Origin: Desulfobulbales bacterium
Lineage (GTDB): Bacteria; Desulfobacterota; Desulfobulbia; Desulfobulbales; BM004
Assembly (NCBI GenBank): GCA_041598875.1
Contig: JBFHXP010000004.1
Coordinates: forward strand, 1 to 59,973
DNA: 59,973 nt
Direction of reading: 5' to 3'
Part shown: positions 51,556 to 59,973 of the stretch, piece after piece
Layout: every line of letters starts with the position of its first letter
How positions within the stretch are numbered: the stretch's first letter is position 1
Notes under the pieces: model-generated
Seen by the model: the letters and a program-made list of their open reading frames with translations, nothing else
Told to the model about the DNA's origin: nothing
Database searches by the model: none
Translations under genes and position numbers: made by a program

Positions 51556-52884
51556 ATGAGTGACGCAAAATCCTTTAACCGGAACGGCAAGGAGCTTCTC
51601 CAGGCCGGGCAGATCGAAAATGCCATCCACTACTTCACCAAGGCAATAGAACTCGACAGCTCCATGGCCGAGGCCTACCAGAACCGCTCCAGCGCCTATG
51701 CCAAGCTCAACCGCATGGACGAATCACACTCCGACGCCCGCACCGCGGAACTTATTTTATTGAAAAACCCCGGCAGGGAACGATACACCGAGCAGATCGA
51801 AGATCTTTTTGGCGACTCACTTTCCATCGGCAGCACGGACCTCGATAAAATTGATAATCTATACGATGAACTCTTCTCCGACTCCGCCTCCCGGGGTTCT
51901 TCAGCCAAAAAAATCGTTGTCCTTGAACATCTTGACAGTAACCGGGAGGAGGTTTCCGGGGTCTCCCTCTTTCACCCCAGCTCCAATGAAATCACCGTGC
52001 AGGTCGAGGGAGAGACCGTTGATCGGGCCATGAACATGGCTCGATTCAGCTGTATTATCCTCCTGGAAAGGCCTCCCCAGTTTCCCGAGGATGAATTCTC
52101 CTGTGAGGCGGAAACCATCGAGGTGCGCAGCGGCAAAAAATATGATGTCATGGTGCCCCTTGCCCAGAATCATGACAATGGAGTCTTTGCATACACGGTA
52201 AAAAACAACCTCCTCGAAAAATACTTCTTCTTTCCCGCCAGCAGCATACGGATCAGGTTTTCACGGCGATATCTCGGCGAAATCCTGGTGCAGAAGGGGT
52301 TGATCGAGCAGACTGTTTTCAAACGTGCCCTGGAGCAGTTTGAGCAGTTGAAAAAGCTGAAACTGGGCCATTTTATCGCCAAACAGGCGAAGATCAACTA
52401 TGCCAGCATTGACCGCGAAATCCAGAAGGCCTACAAGGCGAATATCACCCGCTTCAAGGTAGGCGAACTCCTTGTGTCGGCAGGCATTGTCAGCCCGGAC
52501 CAGGTTGAGGCGGCCATCGTGCTCCAGGAAAAGATCCAGAAAAAAAGAATCGGCACCTTCCTCATTGAAAAGGGCCTCCTCGGAGAGGAACATGTATACA
52601 TGGGCCTGGCGGAGAAATTCAGGACCCCGCTGATCGACCTCAGCAAGGTGTCCATCTCCAAAAAGGCGGTGGCCAGCATCCCCAGGGAAGTTGCCTTGAA
52701 ACTCCGCTCCCTTCCACTTACTCTCAGTGATGAGGGCCTGGTGGTTGCCACCATTACCCCCGATGTTCCCGTCATCAAGGAACTTCTTGCCAAACACTCC
52801 CGGCAGGAGAACATCCGGCTCGTTCTTGCCCGTCCATCTCAACTGGCCATGGTCCTGAAGAAGATTTATCAGGCAGGACCATAA
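51556..52884 (+). CDS. TPR plus MshEN/T2SSE-N-like domain protein lacking an ATPase
   Basis: N-terminal TPRs (AIHYFTKAIELD, AYQNR); YLGEILVQKGLI, KVGELLVSAGIV..Q, RIGTFLIEKGLL repeats; no Walker motifs. Confidence 0.75.
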   Translation: MSDAKSFNRNGKELLQAGQIENAIHYFTKAIELDSSMAEAYQNRSSAYAKLNRMDESHSDARTAELILLKNPGRERYTEQIEDLFGDSLSIGSTDLDKIDNLYDELFSDSASRGSSAKKIVVLEHLDSNREEVSGVSLFHPSSNEITVQVEGETVDRAMNMARFSCIILLERPPQFPEDEFSCEAETIEVRSGKKYDVMVPLAQNHDNGVFAYTVKNNLLEKYFFFPASSIRIRFSRRYLGEILVQKGLIEQTVFKRALEQFEQLKKLKLGHFIAKQAKINYASIDREIQKAYKANITRFKVGELLVSAGIVSPDQVEAAIVLQEKIQKKRIGTFLIEKGLLGEEHVYMGLAEKFRTPLIDLSKVSISKKAVASIPREVALKLRSLPLTLSDEGLVVATITPDVPVIKELLAKHSRQENIRLVLARPSQLAMVLKKIYQAGP

Positions 52885-52905
52885 GCCAGACACAGGGCCC
52901 ATCCC

Positions 52906-53190
52906 ATGAAACCACCCATTGCCCCCCCGAAAAAAGACTGTCAGATACGCTGCTCGCGATTGGGACACCAGATCCACTTCACCTATTGCCGCACCGAGAA
53001 TATGGGCGCGCCCTGCGGCAGAATCCTCGATTGCTGGCACCCCTATTTTCCGGTGGCAGAGTACCTCAGGCAGGAGCTCTCATCGGCGGAATGGGAAGAA
53101 ACCTTTGTCAAGCCGGCCAAACCGAGAATTGTTTCCCTGATGGAACTGATCGACCAGGCGGGGAAAAGGGCGCAACAGGCGAGAAAATGA
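52906..53190 (+). CDS. Cys-rich hypothetical protein
   Basis: RCSRLGH..F.YCR..PC.RILDCW; ATGA overlap with the next gene. Confidence 0.7.
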   Translation: MKPPIAPPKKDCQIRCSRLGHQIHFTYCRTENMGAPCGRILDCWHPYFPVAEYLRQELSSAEWEETFVKPAKPRIVSLMELIDQAGKRAQQARK

Positions 53191-54767
53191 CGCAGGAAGA
53201 AAGGAAGAAAACCGAAAACCCGACCATTGAGAAACTCCTCAAGGAAATGGAAAGCCAGCAGGATTTTCCAGCTATTTCCCGATACATATCCGAAATAAAT
53301 GAAAAGGCCGCCCCGGGAAGCACCTCTTCGGCAAGCCAGCTCGCCTCGGTGATCTTCAAGGATTACGCCCTGACCACCAAACTGCTGAAGATGGTCAATT
53401 CCGCCATCTACAGCCAGTTTTCCGGACAGATCGCCACAATCAGCCGCGCAGTGGTTATTCTCGGATTTGAGCAGGTTCGAATGGCCGCCACCGGGCTTGT
53501 TTTTTTCGAACACCTGAAAAACCGGGCCCAGGCAAATGTGGTGAAAAAAAGTATTCTCGCATCTTTCCTGAGCGGTATCCTGGCCCGGGATATGGGTCTG
53601 CGGATGAAGCAGAACGATGTTGAGGATCTTTTTATCTGCGCCCTGCTTCACCACTTTGGCAAACTTCTTCTCATGTATTATTTCCCCGAAGATTTTGCCC
53701 GGGTAACCCGGCTCATAAACGATGAACATATCGTCGAGGCCGACGCAATCGTTCAGGTTTTCAATTGCAGCAGTGACATGGTCGGCATGGCGGTTGCCGA
53801 ATCATGGGGGTTGCCCCAGAAAATAATCACCAGCATGAAAGGACTCAGCAGCCAGGAAACCCGGAACAACCACGGCTCAATAGATTCCTTTCGCTGTCTT
53901 GCCTGTTTCAGCAATGAAATCTATGCCCTTGCCGCCTCTGACCAGCCCTATTCCGGAAAGCGAACCGGCCTTCTCGCCATCCTTCGCAAGTATGAAAAGC
54001 TTGTCCCGGTTTCAGAAAAGGCTCTCCTTGAGATGATGGACCGGATCGGCGAAACGGCCAAGGGATACTCCTCGGTTCTCAACCTGGGCCCGCAACAGGA
54101 TGAACTTGTCAGACAGCTTACCTTCAAACCGACCACCCCGAAAACTCCGGAACCAGCGCCGGCACCAGCAATTACCGACCTCTCCCGCTTTGCGGCAACC
54201 AGGGTTGAAACAGGCCCGGCCCAGCCCACCGCAAATCAGGACAGCCAACACCATATGGTGATCATGAACGGCATCCAGGAGGTCACCATGGCCATGCTGG
54301 ACACGGCCTATTCCCTGGATGACATAATCAATATGGTGATGGAAACAGCATACCGGGGGCTTGGATTCTCCCGGGTGCTCATCGGGATCAAGGACCCGAA
54401 AACCGGTACCATTGCCGGCCGTTTCGGCCTCGGTTCCTTTATTGATGAAACCCTGCGCAAATTTCGTTTCACCGTTGACCCGGAGGCGGCGGATCTCTTC
54501 AATATGGCCATTGCCCAGGGCGAAGACCTGTATGTGGACCGGGCCGTAAATCCCGATGTCGCAACCGCGTTGCCCCCCTGGTACCGGGGCATTCTTGTGG
54601 CCCCGTCCTTTGCCATCTACCCGGTGATAGTCAAAAAAAACGGCATCGGCATCCTCTATGCGGACATGAAGGAAAGCGAAGAACCCGTAACCCTAGACAA
54701 ACTCAACTACCTCAAAATGCTCCGCAACCAGATCGTTCTGGCCATTGTCCAGAAATCTTCCGGCTGA
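53187..54767 (+). CDS. HDOD-domain protein with C-terminal GAF-like domain
   Basis: DYALTTKLLKMVNSA, TISRAVVILG, LLHHFGK, WGLP; GILYAD. Confidence 0.85.
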   Translation: MTQEERKKTENPTIEKLLKEMESQQDFPAISRYISEINEKAAPGSTSSASQLASVIFKDYALTTKLLKMVNSAIYSQFSGQIATISRAVVILGFEQVRMAATGLVFFEHLKNRAQANVVKKSILASFLSGILARDMGLRMKQNDVEDLFICALLHHFGKLLLMYYFPEDFARVTRLINDEHIVEADAIVQVFNCSSDMVGMAVAESWGLPQKIITSMKGLSSQETRNNHGSIDSFRCLACFSNEIYALAASDQPYSGKRTGLLAILRKYEKLVPVSEKALLEMMDRIGETAKGYSSVLNLGPQQDELVRQLTFKPTTPKTPEPAPAPAITDLSRFAATRVETGPAQPTANQDSQHHMVIMNGIQEVTMAMLDTAYSLDDIINMVMETAYRGLGFSRVLIGIKDPKTGTIAGRFGLGSFIDETLRKFRFTVDPEAADLFNMAIAQGEDLYVDRAVNPDVATALPPWYRGILVAPSFAIYPVIVKKNGIGILYADMKESEEPVTLDKLNYLKMLRNQIVLAIVQKSSG

Positions 54768-54810
54768 TGACGTTCCCTGCTTTAACACTTTCCAGACACA
54801 ACCCCAGACC

Positions 54811-56136
54811 ATGAATAAAAAGAAAAAAAGGGTGGCCATAGCGACCCTGGGCTGCAAAGTCAACCAGTACGAGTCCGCCTCGTTTTTGAGCGGGTTCACC
54901 GAACAGGGAATGGAAATCGTTGGCCCGGGCGAACCTGCCGATATTTTTGTGATAAATACCTGCGCCGTTACTGCCAGGGCCGCGGCCCTCTCGCGCCAGA
55001 CCATCCGCCGGGCCCAACGCGCCAACCCGGATGCGAAAATCATGATCACCGGGTGTTATGCCCAGACAGATCCCGATGGAGCGCGGAAGGCCGCTTCCGG
55101 ATGCTCACCATGCATTGTCGATAACCACCGGAAACATCTCCTGGTGGCGGCATCGCTCTGCGAATCAAAAGAGGGCGCCCCATCCATCCATGATCCGCAT
55201 ATCCATCGGGAAAAGAAAATAAGCCCGTTACGGATAAAGAGCTTGAGTGGCAGAACCCGCCCGTTTCTCAAGATTCAGGACGGGTGCAATAATTTCTGCA
55301 CCTACTGCATTGTGCCACACGCCCGGGGCCGCAGCCGCAGTCTTGAACCAGAGGCGGTCCTGGAACAGGCGCGGGTCTTTGCCGGTGCCGGCTACCGGGA
55401 AATAGTTGTCACCGGTATCCACGTTGGGGCCTATGGCCATGATCTTCCTGAAAAAATATCCCTGCGCGACATACTCCGCCAACTGGCCATGGAAAACCCG
55501 GAGATCCGCTTGCGGATAAGTTCCCTGGAGCCAAGCGAAATCTCACAGGAGCTTCTCCATCTCATGGCCAAAATCCCCAATATCATGCCGCATCTCCACA
55601 TTCCCCTGCAAAGTGGTGACAACTCGATTCTCAGGGCAATGCACCGCCACTATACTGCGGAAGATTTTCGAAATATTGTCCTGTCGATCCGTAAAAACCT
55701 GCCGGAAGCGGCACTGGGCGCGGATGTGCTTGTCGGCTTTCCCGGCGAGGATGATCTCGCCTTTGCGGCAACCCATGACCTGCTGGCAGGACTGCCGATC
55801 ACCTATCTCCACGTTTTTCCCTACTCGAAAAGACCGGGCACCCCGGCGGCAGAACTGGACGGACAGATAGCACGGCAGGTCAAGGAACAGCGGGTGGCCC
55901 GGCTTCGCGCCCTGGACCGGGAAAAACGGATCGCCTTTTACCAGAGTCAACTGGGTTCGATCCGGCCGGTACTCCTGGAGGGGCGGCAACGCGGCGGCAA
56001 AAAAATCCTCCAGGGATTCAGCGACAACTACGTGCCGGTGAAGGTGGAGGCGCCGGCGACACTTGCCGGAAAAATTGTTCCGGTTCTCCTGCACACCCTC
56101 CAGGACGACCTGAGCGTGGCCGGCTCTGTTGTCTGA
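54811..56136 (+). CDS. mtaB: tRNA t6A37 methylthiotransferase
   Basis: TLGCKVNQYES, NTCAVT, TGCYAQ, GCNNFCTYC, HVFPYSKRPGT. Confidence 0.93.
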   Translation: MNKKKKRVAIATLGCKVNQYESASFLSGFTEQGMEIVGPGEPADIFVINTCAVTARAAALSRQTIRRAQRANPDAKIMITGCYAQTDPDGARKAASGCSPCIVDNHRKHLLVAASLCESKEGAPSIHDPHIHREKKISPLRIKSLSGRTRPFLKIQDGCNNFCTYCIVPHARGRSRSLEPEAVLEQARVFAGAGYREIVVTGIHVGAYGHDLPEKISLRDILRQLAMENPEIRLRISSLEPSEISQELLHLMAKIPNIMPHLHIPLQSGDNSILRAMHRHYTAEDFRNIVLSIRKNLPEAALGADVLVGFPGEDDLAFAATHDLLAGLPITYLHVFPYSKRPGTPAAELDGQIARQVKEQRVARLRALDREKRIAFYQSQLGSIRPVLLEGRQRGGKKILQGFSDNYVPVKVEAPATLAGKIVPVLLHTLQDDLSVAGSVV

Positions 56137-56274
56137 TCTGTTTTCTCAGCGCCGCCTCTGGCGGGACGCGAAACAGTTGTCATTTCTCCCCTGGGCTGCT
56201 AGTATATGTGCTGACGGGTCAATCATATTTTATCTTTAAACAATTCAAACCGTTACATATATTATTTCTTCGCC

Positions 56275-57540
56275 ATGATAGGGGAAATCATTGCCATTGG
56301 AGATGAGCTGACTTCGGGACGGGTGCTGAACACCAACAGCCGTTTTGTCGCGGGTCAGCTTTTTTCAGCCGGTCATGAGATCAAGGCCATGATCACGGTG
56401 CGCGACACCGGGCCTGAAATCGGTGAGGCCCTGAAGCGGTCCATCAGCCGCGCCGATTTTGTTATCGTAACCGGTGGCCTGGGCGCAACATCCGATGACA
56501 TGACCAATGAGGCAGTGGCCTGTGCCCTGGACCGGCCAACGACCTTTCACCCTGAAATTCATGAAAAGATACTCTCCGTCCCCGCTCCCCGGTCCTCATC
56601 CTCGGCTCAAACCCTGGAGAAACTCGCCTGGCTCCCTGAAGGAGCCGAGATCCTGAAACCGGAAGGGCGAATGGCCGGCTACCTTCTGGTCCATGACCGG
56701 ATCCCGATCTTCTTTCTCCCGGGGGTGCCGCACGAAATGCGGGAACTCCTTGCCGATCGGGTTATCCCCAGGCTGAACTTCCTGGGGGGCGATTCGGTCC
56801 GGCAGGTACGGCAGAGGGTCTACAAAATATTCGGCCTGCCGGAAGTCGAAATAAATGACCGGCTCAAGGATCTCGCACCAAATGATACCCGGGTCCGGAT
56901 CGGCTATTATCCTGTCTTCTGCGAAGTACACTGCAGCCTGACGGTCATCAGCGAACAGGAAAGGGAGGCAGACGACCTTTTCCTTCGTTTGGACTCCCTT
57001 ATCCAGGAACGGTTGGGGGAGTTCATCTTTGCCCGCGACCAACAGACAATGGCGGGCATGGTCGGCACCCAGCTGACTGGAGCGCAGAAAAGACTGGCTG
57101 TGGCAGAATCATGCACCGGCGGGCTCATTGGTCACAGAATCACCACAACAGCAGGAAGTTCCGCCTATTTCTCCGGAGGGGTAATAGCCTACAGCAACCA
57201 GGTAAAGGAAAAACTTCTCGCCGTTGACCCGGCGATACTGAAACAACACGGCGCGGTAAGTTCCGCCTGCGCCAAGGCCATGGCCGCAGGCGTCCTGGCC
57301 CTGACCGGAGCGGACATCGCCCTTTCGGTCACCGGTATTGCGGGCCCTGATGGCGGCAGCCCGGAAAAACCGGTGGGAACGGTCTACTTCGGGCTGGCCG
57401 AGGGAAACATGGTTTCCTCCGCCCTTTTTCATTTTTCAGGAGATCGCTGGCAGATCCGGGAGCAAAGCGCGATGACCGGCCTCAACCTTGTCCGCCGCCA
57501 CCTCCTCAACCTTCCATCTTCCCACGAATCCATCATTTAA
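56275..57540 (+). CDS. cinA: competence/damage-inducible protein CinA (with PncC domain)
   Basis: GDEL..G, TGGLG, LPGVP, AESCTGG, GSSAYF, TGIAGP; precedes recA. Confidence 0.93.
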   Translation: MIGEIIAIGDELTSGRVLNTNSRFVAGQLFSAGHEIKAMITVRDTGPEIGEALKRSISRADFVIVTGGLGATSDDMTNEAVACALDRPTTFHPEIHEKILSVPAPRSSSSAQTLEKLAWLPEGAEILKPEGRMAGYLLVHDRIPIFFLPGVPHEMRELLADRVIPRLNFLGGDSVRQVRQRVYKIFGLPEVEINDRLKDLAPNDTRVRIGYYPVFCEVHCSLTVISEQEREADDLFLRLDSLIQERLGEFIFARDQQTMAGMVGTQLTGAQKRLAVAESCTGGLIGHRITTTAGSSAYFSGGVIAYSNQVKEKLLAVDPAILKQHGAVSSACAKAMAAGVLALTGADIALSVTGIAGPDGGSPEKPVGTVYFGLAEGNMVSSALFHFSGDRWQIREQSAMTGLNLVRRHLLNLPSSHESII

Positions 57541-57561
57541 CCCCTCTCACAGGAGTAACAC

Positions 57562-58617
57562 ATGAGCAAAGAAAGTAAAGACAACAAGGACAGCAGGGAA
57601 GCCAAGAATAAAACCCTTGAAAACGCAATGTACCAGATCCAGAAACAATTCGGCAAAGGGGCGATCATGCGCCTGGGTTCCCAGGAGGCTGAAGAGATTC
57701 CCGCGATCCCCACCGCCTCCCTGAGTCTTGATATCGCTCTCGGGGTGGGCGGCATCCCCCGGGGCCGCGTCACAGAAATATACGGGCCGGAATCATCGGG
57801 CAAAACCACTCTGGCCCTGCATGTTATTGCTGAAACGCAAAAGAGGGGGGGGGTCGCAGCGTTCATTGATGCCGAGCACGCACTCGATACCACCTATGCC
57901 ACGCAGCTGGGGGTCAATATTGACGACCTGCTGGTTTCCCAGCCGGATTACGGTGAGCAGGCCCTGGAAATCGCGGAGGTTCTGATCAGGAGTGGCGCGG
58001 TGGACGTGATTGTGATCGATTCCGTGGCCGCCCTGGTTCCCAAGGCTGAAATCGACGGCAATGTCGGCGACCAGCATGTAGGTCTGCAGGCCCGGCTCAT
58101 GTCACACGCCCTGAGAAAATTCACCAGTGTTCTCAAGAGAAGCAACACCGCCCTGATCTTCATCAACCAGATCCGGATGAAAATCGGGGTTATGTTCGGT
58201 AATCCGGAAACTACACCGGGCGGCAACGCGCTCAAATTCTACAGTTCAGTCCGCCTGGATATCCGGAGAATCGCCACCATCAAGGACGGCCAGGAGGCGG
58301 TCGGCTCCCGGACAAAGGTCAAGGTGGTGAAAAACAAGGTCGCGCCGCCATTCAAAACAGCGGAATTCGATATCGTTTACGGCGAGGGAATTTCCAGGGT
58401 CGGCGATATTCTTGATCTTGCATCAGAACTGGACATCGTCGAGAAAAGCGGCGCCTGGTACTCCTACAACGGTGAACGTATCGGCCAGGGGAGGGAGAAT
58501 GTAAAGGTCTTTCTTAAAGATAATCCGGCAATTACCGATGATATCGAACACAAAGTCCGATTGGGCTACGGCCTTGTTGTCGATAAAAAATCAGCTGCAG
58601 CCGCGGACGAAAAGTGA
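57562..58617 (+). CDS. recA: recombinase RecA
   Basis: [40 protein letters not shown]. Confidence 0.98.
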   Translation: MSKESKDNKDSREAKNKTLENAMYQIQKQFGKGAIMRLGSQEAEEIPAIPTASLSLDIALGVGGIPRGRVTEIYGPESSGKTTLALHVIAETQKRGGVAAFIDAEHALDTTYATQLGVNIDDLLVSQPDYGEQALEIAEVLIRSGAVDVIVIDSVAALVPKAEIDGNVGDQHVGLQARLMSHALRKFTSVLKRSNTALIFINQIRMKIGVMFGNPETTPGGNALKFYSSVRLDIRRIATIKDGQEAVGSRTKVKVVKNKVAPPFKTAEFDIVYGEGISRVGDILDLASELDIVEKSGAWYSYNGERIGQGRENVKVFLKDNPAITDDIEHKVRLGYGLVVDKKSAAAADEK

Positions 58618-58715
58618 GGTTCCGCAGGTAAGCAGGAGGCCGCAGGCAACCCCAAAAGGGGGGCTGACTGCAGCGGACTCGCATATCGAACTCACGGAAT
58701 GCCACATGATGAAAA

Positions 58716-59726
58716 TTAACCATACCCCTGCGGGTTGGCCTGTTGCCAGCGCCAGGTGTCGGCGCACATGGCGGCCAGATCCCTTTCGGCCCGCCAGCCC
58801 AGGCTGGCGGCAGCCCTGGCGGGATCGGCATAACAGACAGCAATATCACCGGCTCGACGGTCGGTGATACGGTAGGGAACGGGCCGGCCGCTTGCCTTGG
58901 CAAAGGCAGCCACCATCTCGAGAACACTGTAGCCCCGGCCGGTGCCGAGGTTATAGGTATGTACCCCGGGACGGCCGGCAAGGGCGTCAAGGGCCGCAAG
59001 ATGACCCCGGGCCAGATCCACCACGTGGATATAGTCCCGCACCCCGGTTCCGTCAACCGTGGGATAATCATTGCCAAAAACTGCAAGTTCAGGGAGTTTG
59101 CCTACAGCCACCTGGGCGATAAACGGCATGAGATTGTTCGGGATACCACGAGGGTCTTCCCCGATCCTGCCGCTTTCATGGGCCCCCACCGGGTTGAAGT
59201 AGCGGAGCAGGGCCACCGACCAGGAGGGCTGGGCCTTGTGCTGGTCGGTGAGTATCTCCTCGATCATCAGTTTGGTGCGGCCATAAGGATTGGTCGCGCC
59301 CACGGGAAAATCCTCGGTAATGGGCACGGTATGAGGATCACCGTACACCGTGGCCGAAGAACTGAAAACCAGATTGGCAACCCCGTGCTCCTCCATCACC
59401 TCGGCCAGCAAAACGGTTGCGGTGATGTTATTATGATAATAGGCAAGCGGCATGGTCACGGATTCACCAACGGCCTTAAGCCCGGCAAAATGGATCACCG
59501 CGTCAAAGGAATTGGCGGCAAAAACTGAGGAAAGCGAGTCCCTGTCCCTGAGATCAACCTGATGAAAAAGAAGCGACCCGCCGGCAAGCTCCTCGACCCG
59601 TCGCAGGGATTCGGCCCGACTGTTGACAAGATTGTCAATCACGACCACCTGGTGGCCGGCAAGCAGCAACTCCAGACAGGTGTGGCTGCCGATATACCCC
59701 GCGCCACCGGTAACAAGCACTTTCAT
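58716..59726 (-). CDS. galE: UDP-glucose 4-epimerase
   Basis: [41 protein letters not shown]. Confidence 0.96.
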   Translation of the reverse strand: MKVLVTGGAGYIGSHTCLELLLAGHQVVVIDNLVNSRAESLRRVEELAGGSLLFHQVDLRDRDSLSSVFAANSFDAVIHFAGLKAVGESVTMPLAYYHNNITATVLLAEVMEEHGVANLVFSSSATVYGDPHTVPITEDFPVGATNPYGRTKLMIEEILTDQHKAQPSWSVALLRYFNPVGAHESGRIGEDPRGIPNNLMPFIAQVAVGKLPELAVFGNDYPTVDGTGVRDYIHVVDLARGHLAALDALAGRPGVHTYNLGTGRGYSVLEMVAAFAKASGRPVPYRITDRRAGDIAVCYADPARAAASLGWRAERDLAAMCADTWRWQQANPQGYG

Positions 59727-59802
59727 AAAAAGTGTCCCCTTTGCGGAAATAATTGGATTTATTTTTTCGATAGAGCATATTGAAGGTGTCTGCTCTGTAT
59801 AA

Positions 59803-59973
59803 TAGTGTCCGTCCGGAAAGTCAGTTTTTTCCGGATGGCTACACGTGGCTGTTTTCAATCCGGAAACAGACAATTTTGAAAAAGATCAAGGAGATCAAGG
59901 AAGTATGCGCAGGCGTACTGGAGTACGGCGAGCACATACTTCTGCGGATCAACTACCGAGATTTTTTAAAAGT
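59803..59973 (-). repeat. family 1 MITE-like repeat, inverted, truncated by window end
   Basis: Reverse complement aligns with 47401-47570. Confidence 0.9.

Noticed and set aside
56137-56274. LexA box upstream of cinA-recA
   Set aside because: AT-rich, but no palindrome I can match confidently to a known SOS box
57845-57853. G9 run inside recA as a phase-variation site
   Set aside because: It encodes the conserved R-G-G-V segment in frame; no evidence of slippage

Overview
A GC-rich, gene-dense bacterial chromosome segment. Gene content and protein style suggest Desulfobacterota, probably Desulfobulbales (inference only). Most of the window is housekeeping: kdsD, purQ, fused secDF, prmA-rsmE, dtd, hrpB, dnaG-dprA, rpsA-sppA-ihfB, guaBA-rph-tgt-yajC, mnmA, mtaB, cinA-recA and galE. 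These are interspersed with metal-handling genes (mntP, zraP-like, cooT plus a His-tailed partner, larB, a CDF transporter), c-di-GMP-type signalling genes (two PilZ, an EAL protein, a TPR-MshEN protein, HDOD-GAF) and a Crp/Fnr-DUF2892 unit. I found no rRNA, tRNA, CRISPR array, transposase or prophage. The less obvious signals lie between genes: (1) a dispersed family of ~190-bp nested-palindrome MITE-like repeats whose TAG ends often coincide with stop codons, plus a second short inverted-repeat element; (2) a possible UGA-selenocysteine extension of YajC (GG-U-GVGGKC) followed by hairpins; (3) a deletion scar fusing remnants of a sigma54 activator and a rhodanese gene; (4) an octamer tandem array with 48-bp higher-order structure; (5) a terminator inside the cold-shock gene leader; (6) tandem TGTGAC-N3-GTCACA-type operators. 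All calls come from reading the sequence; no database searches were run.
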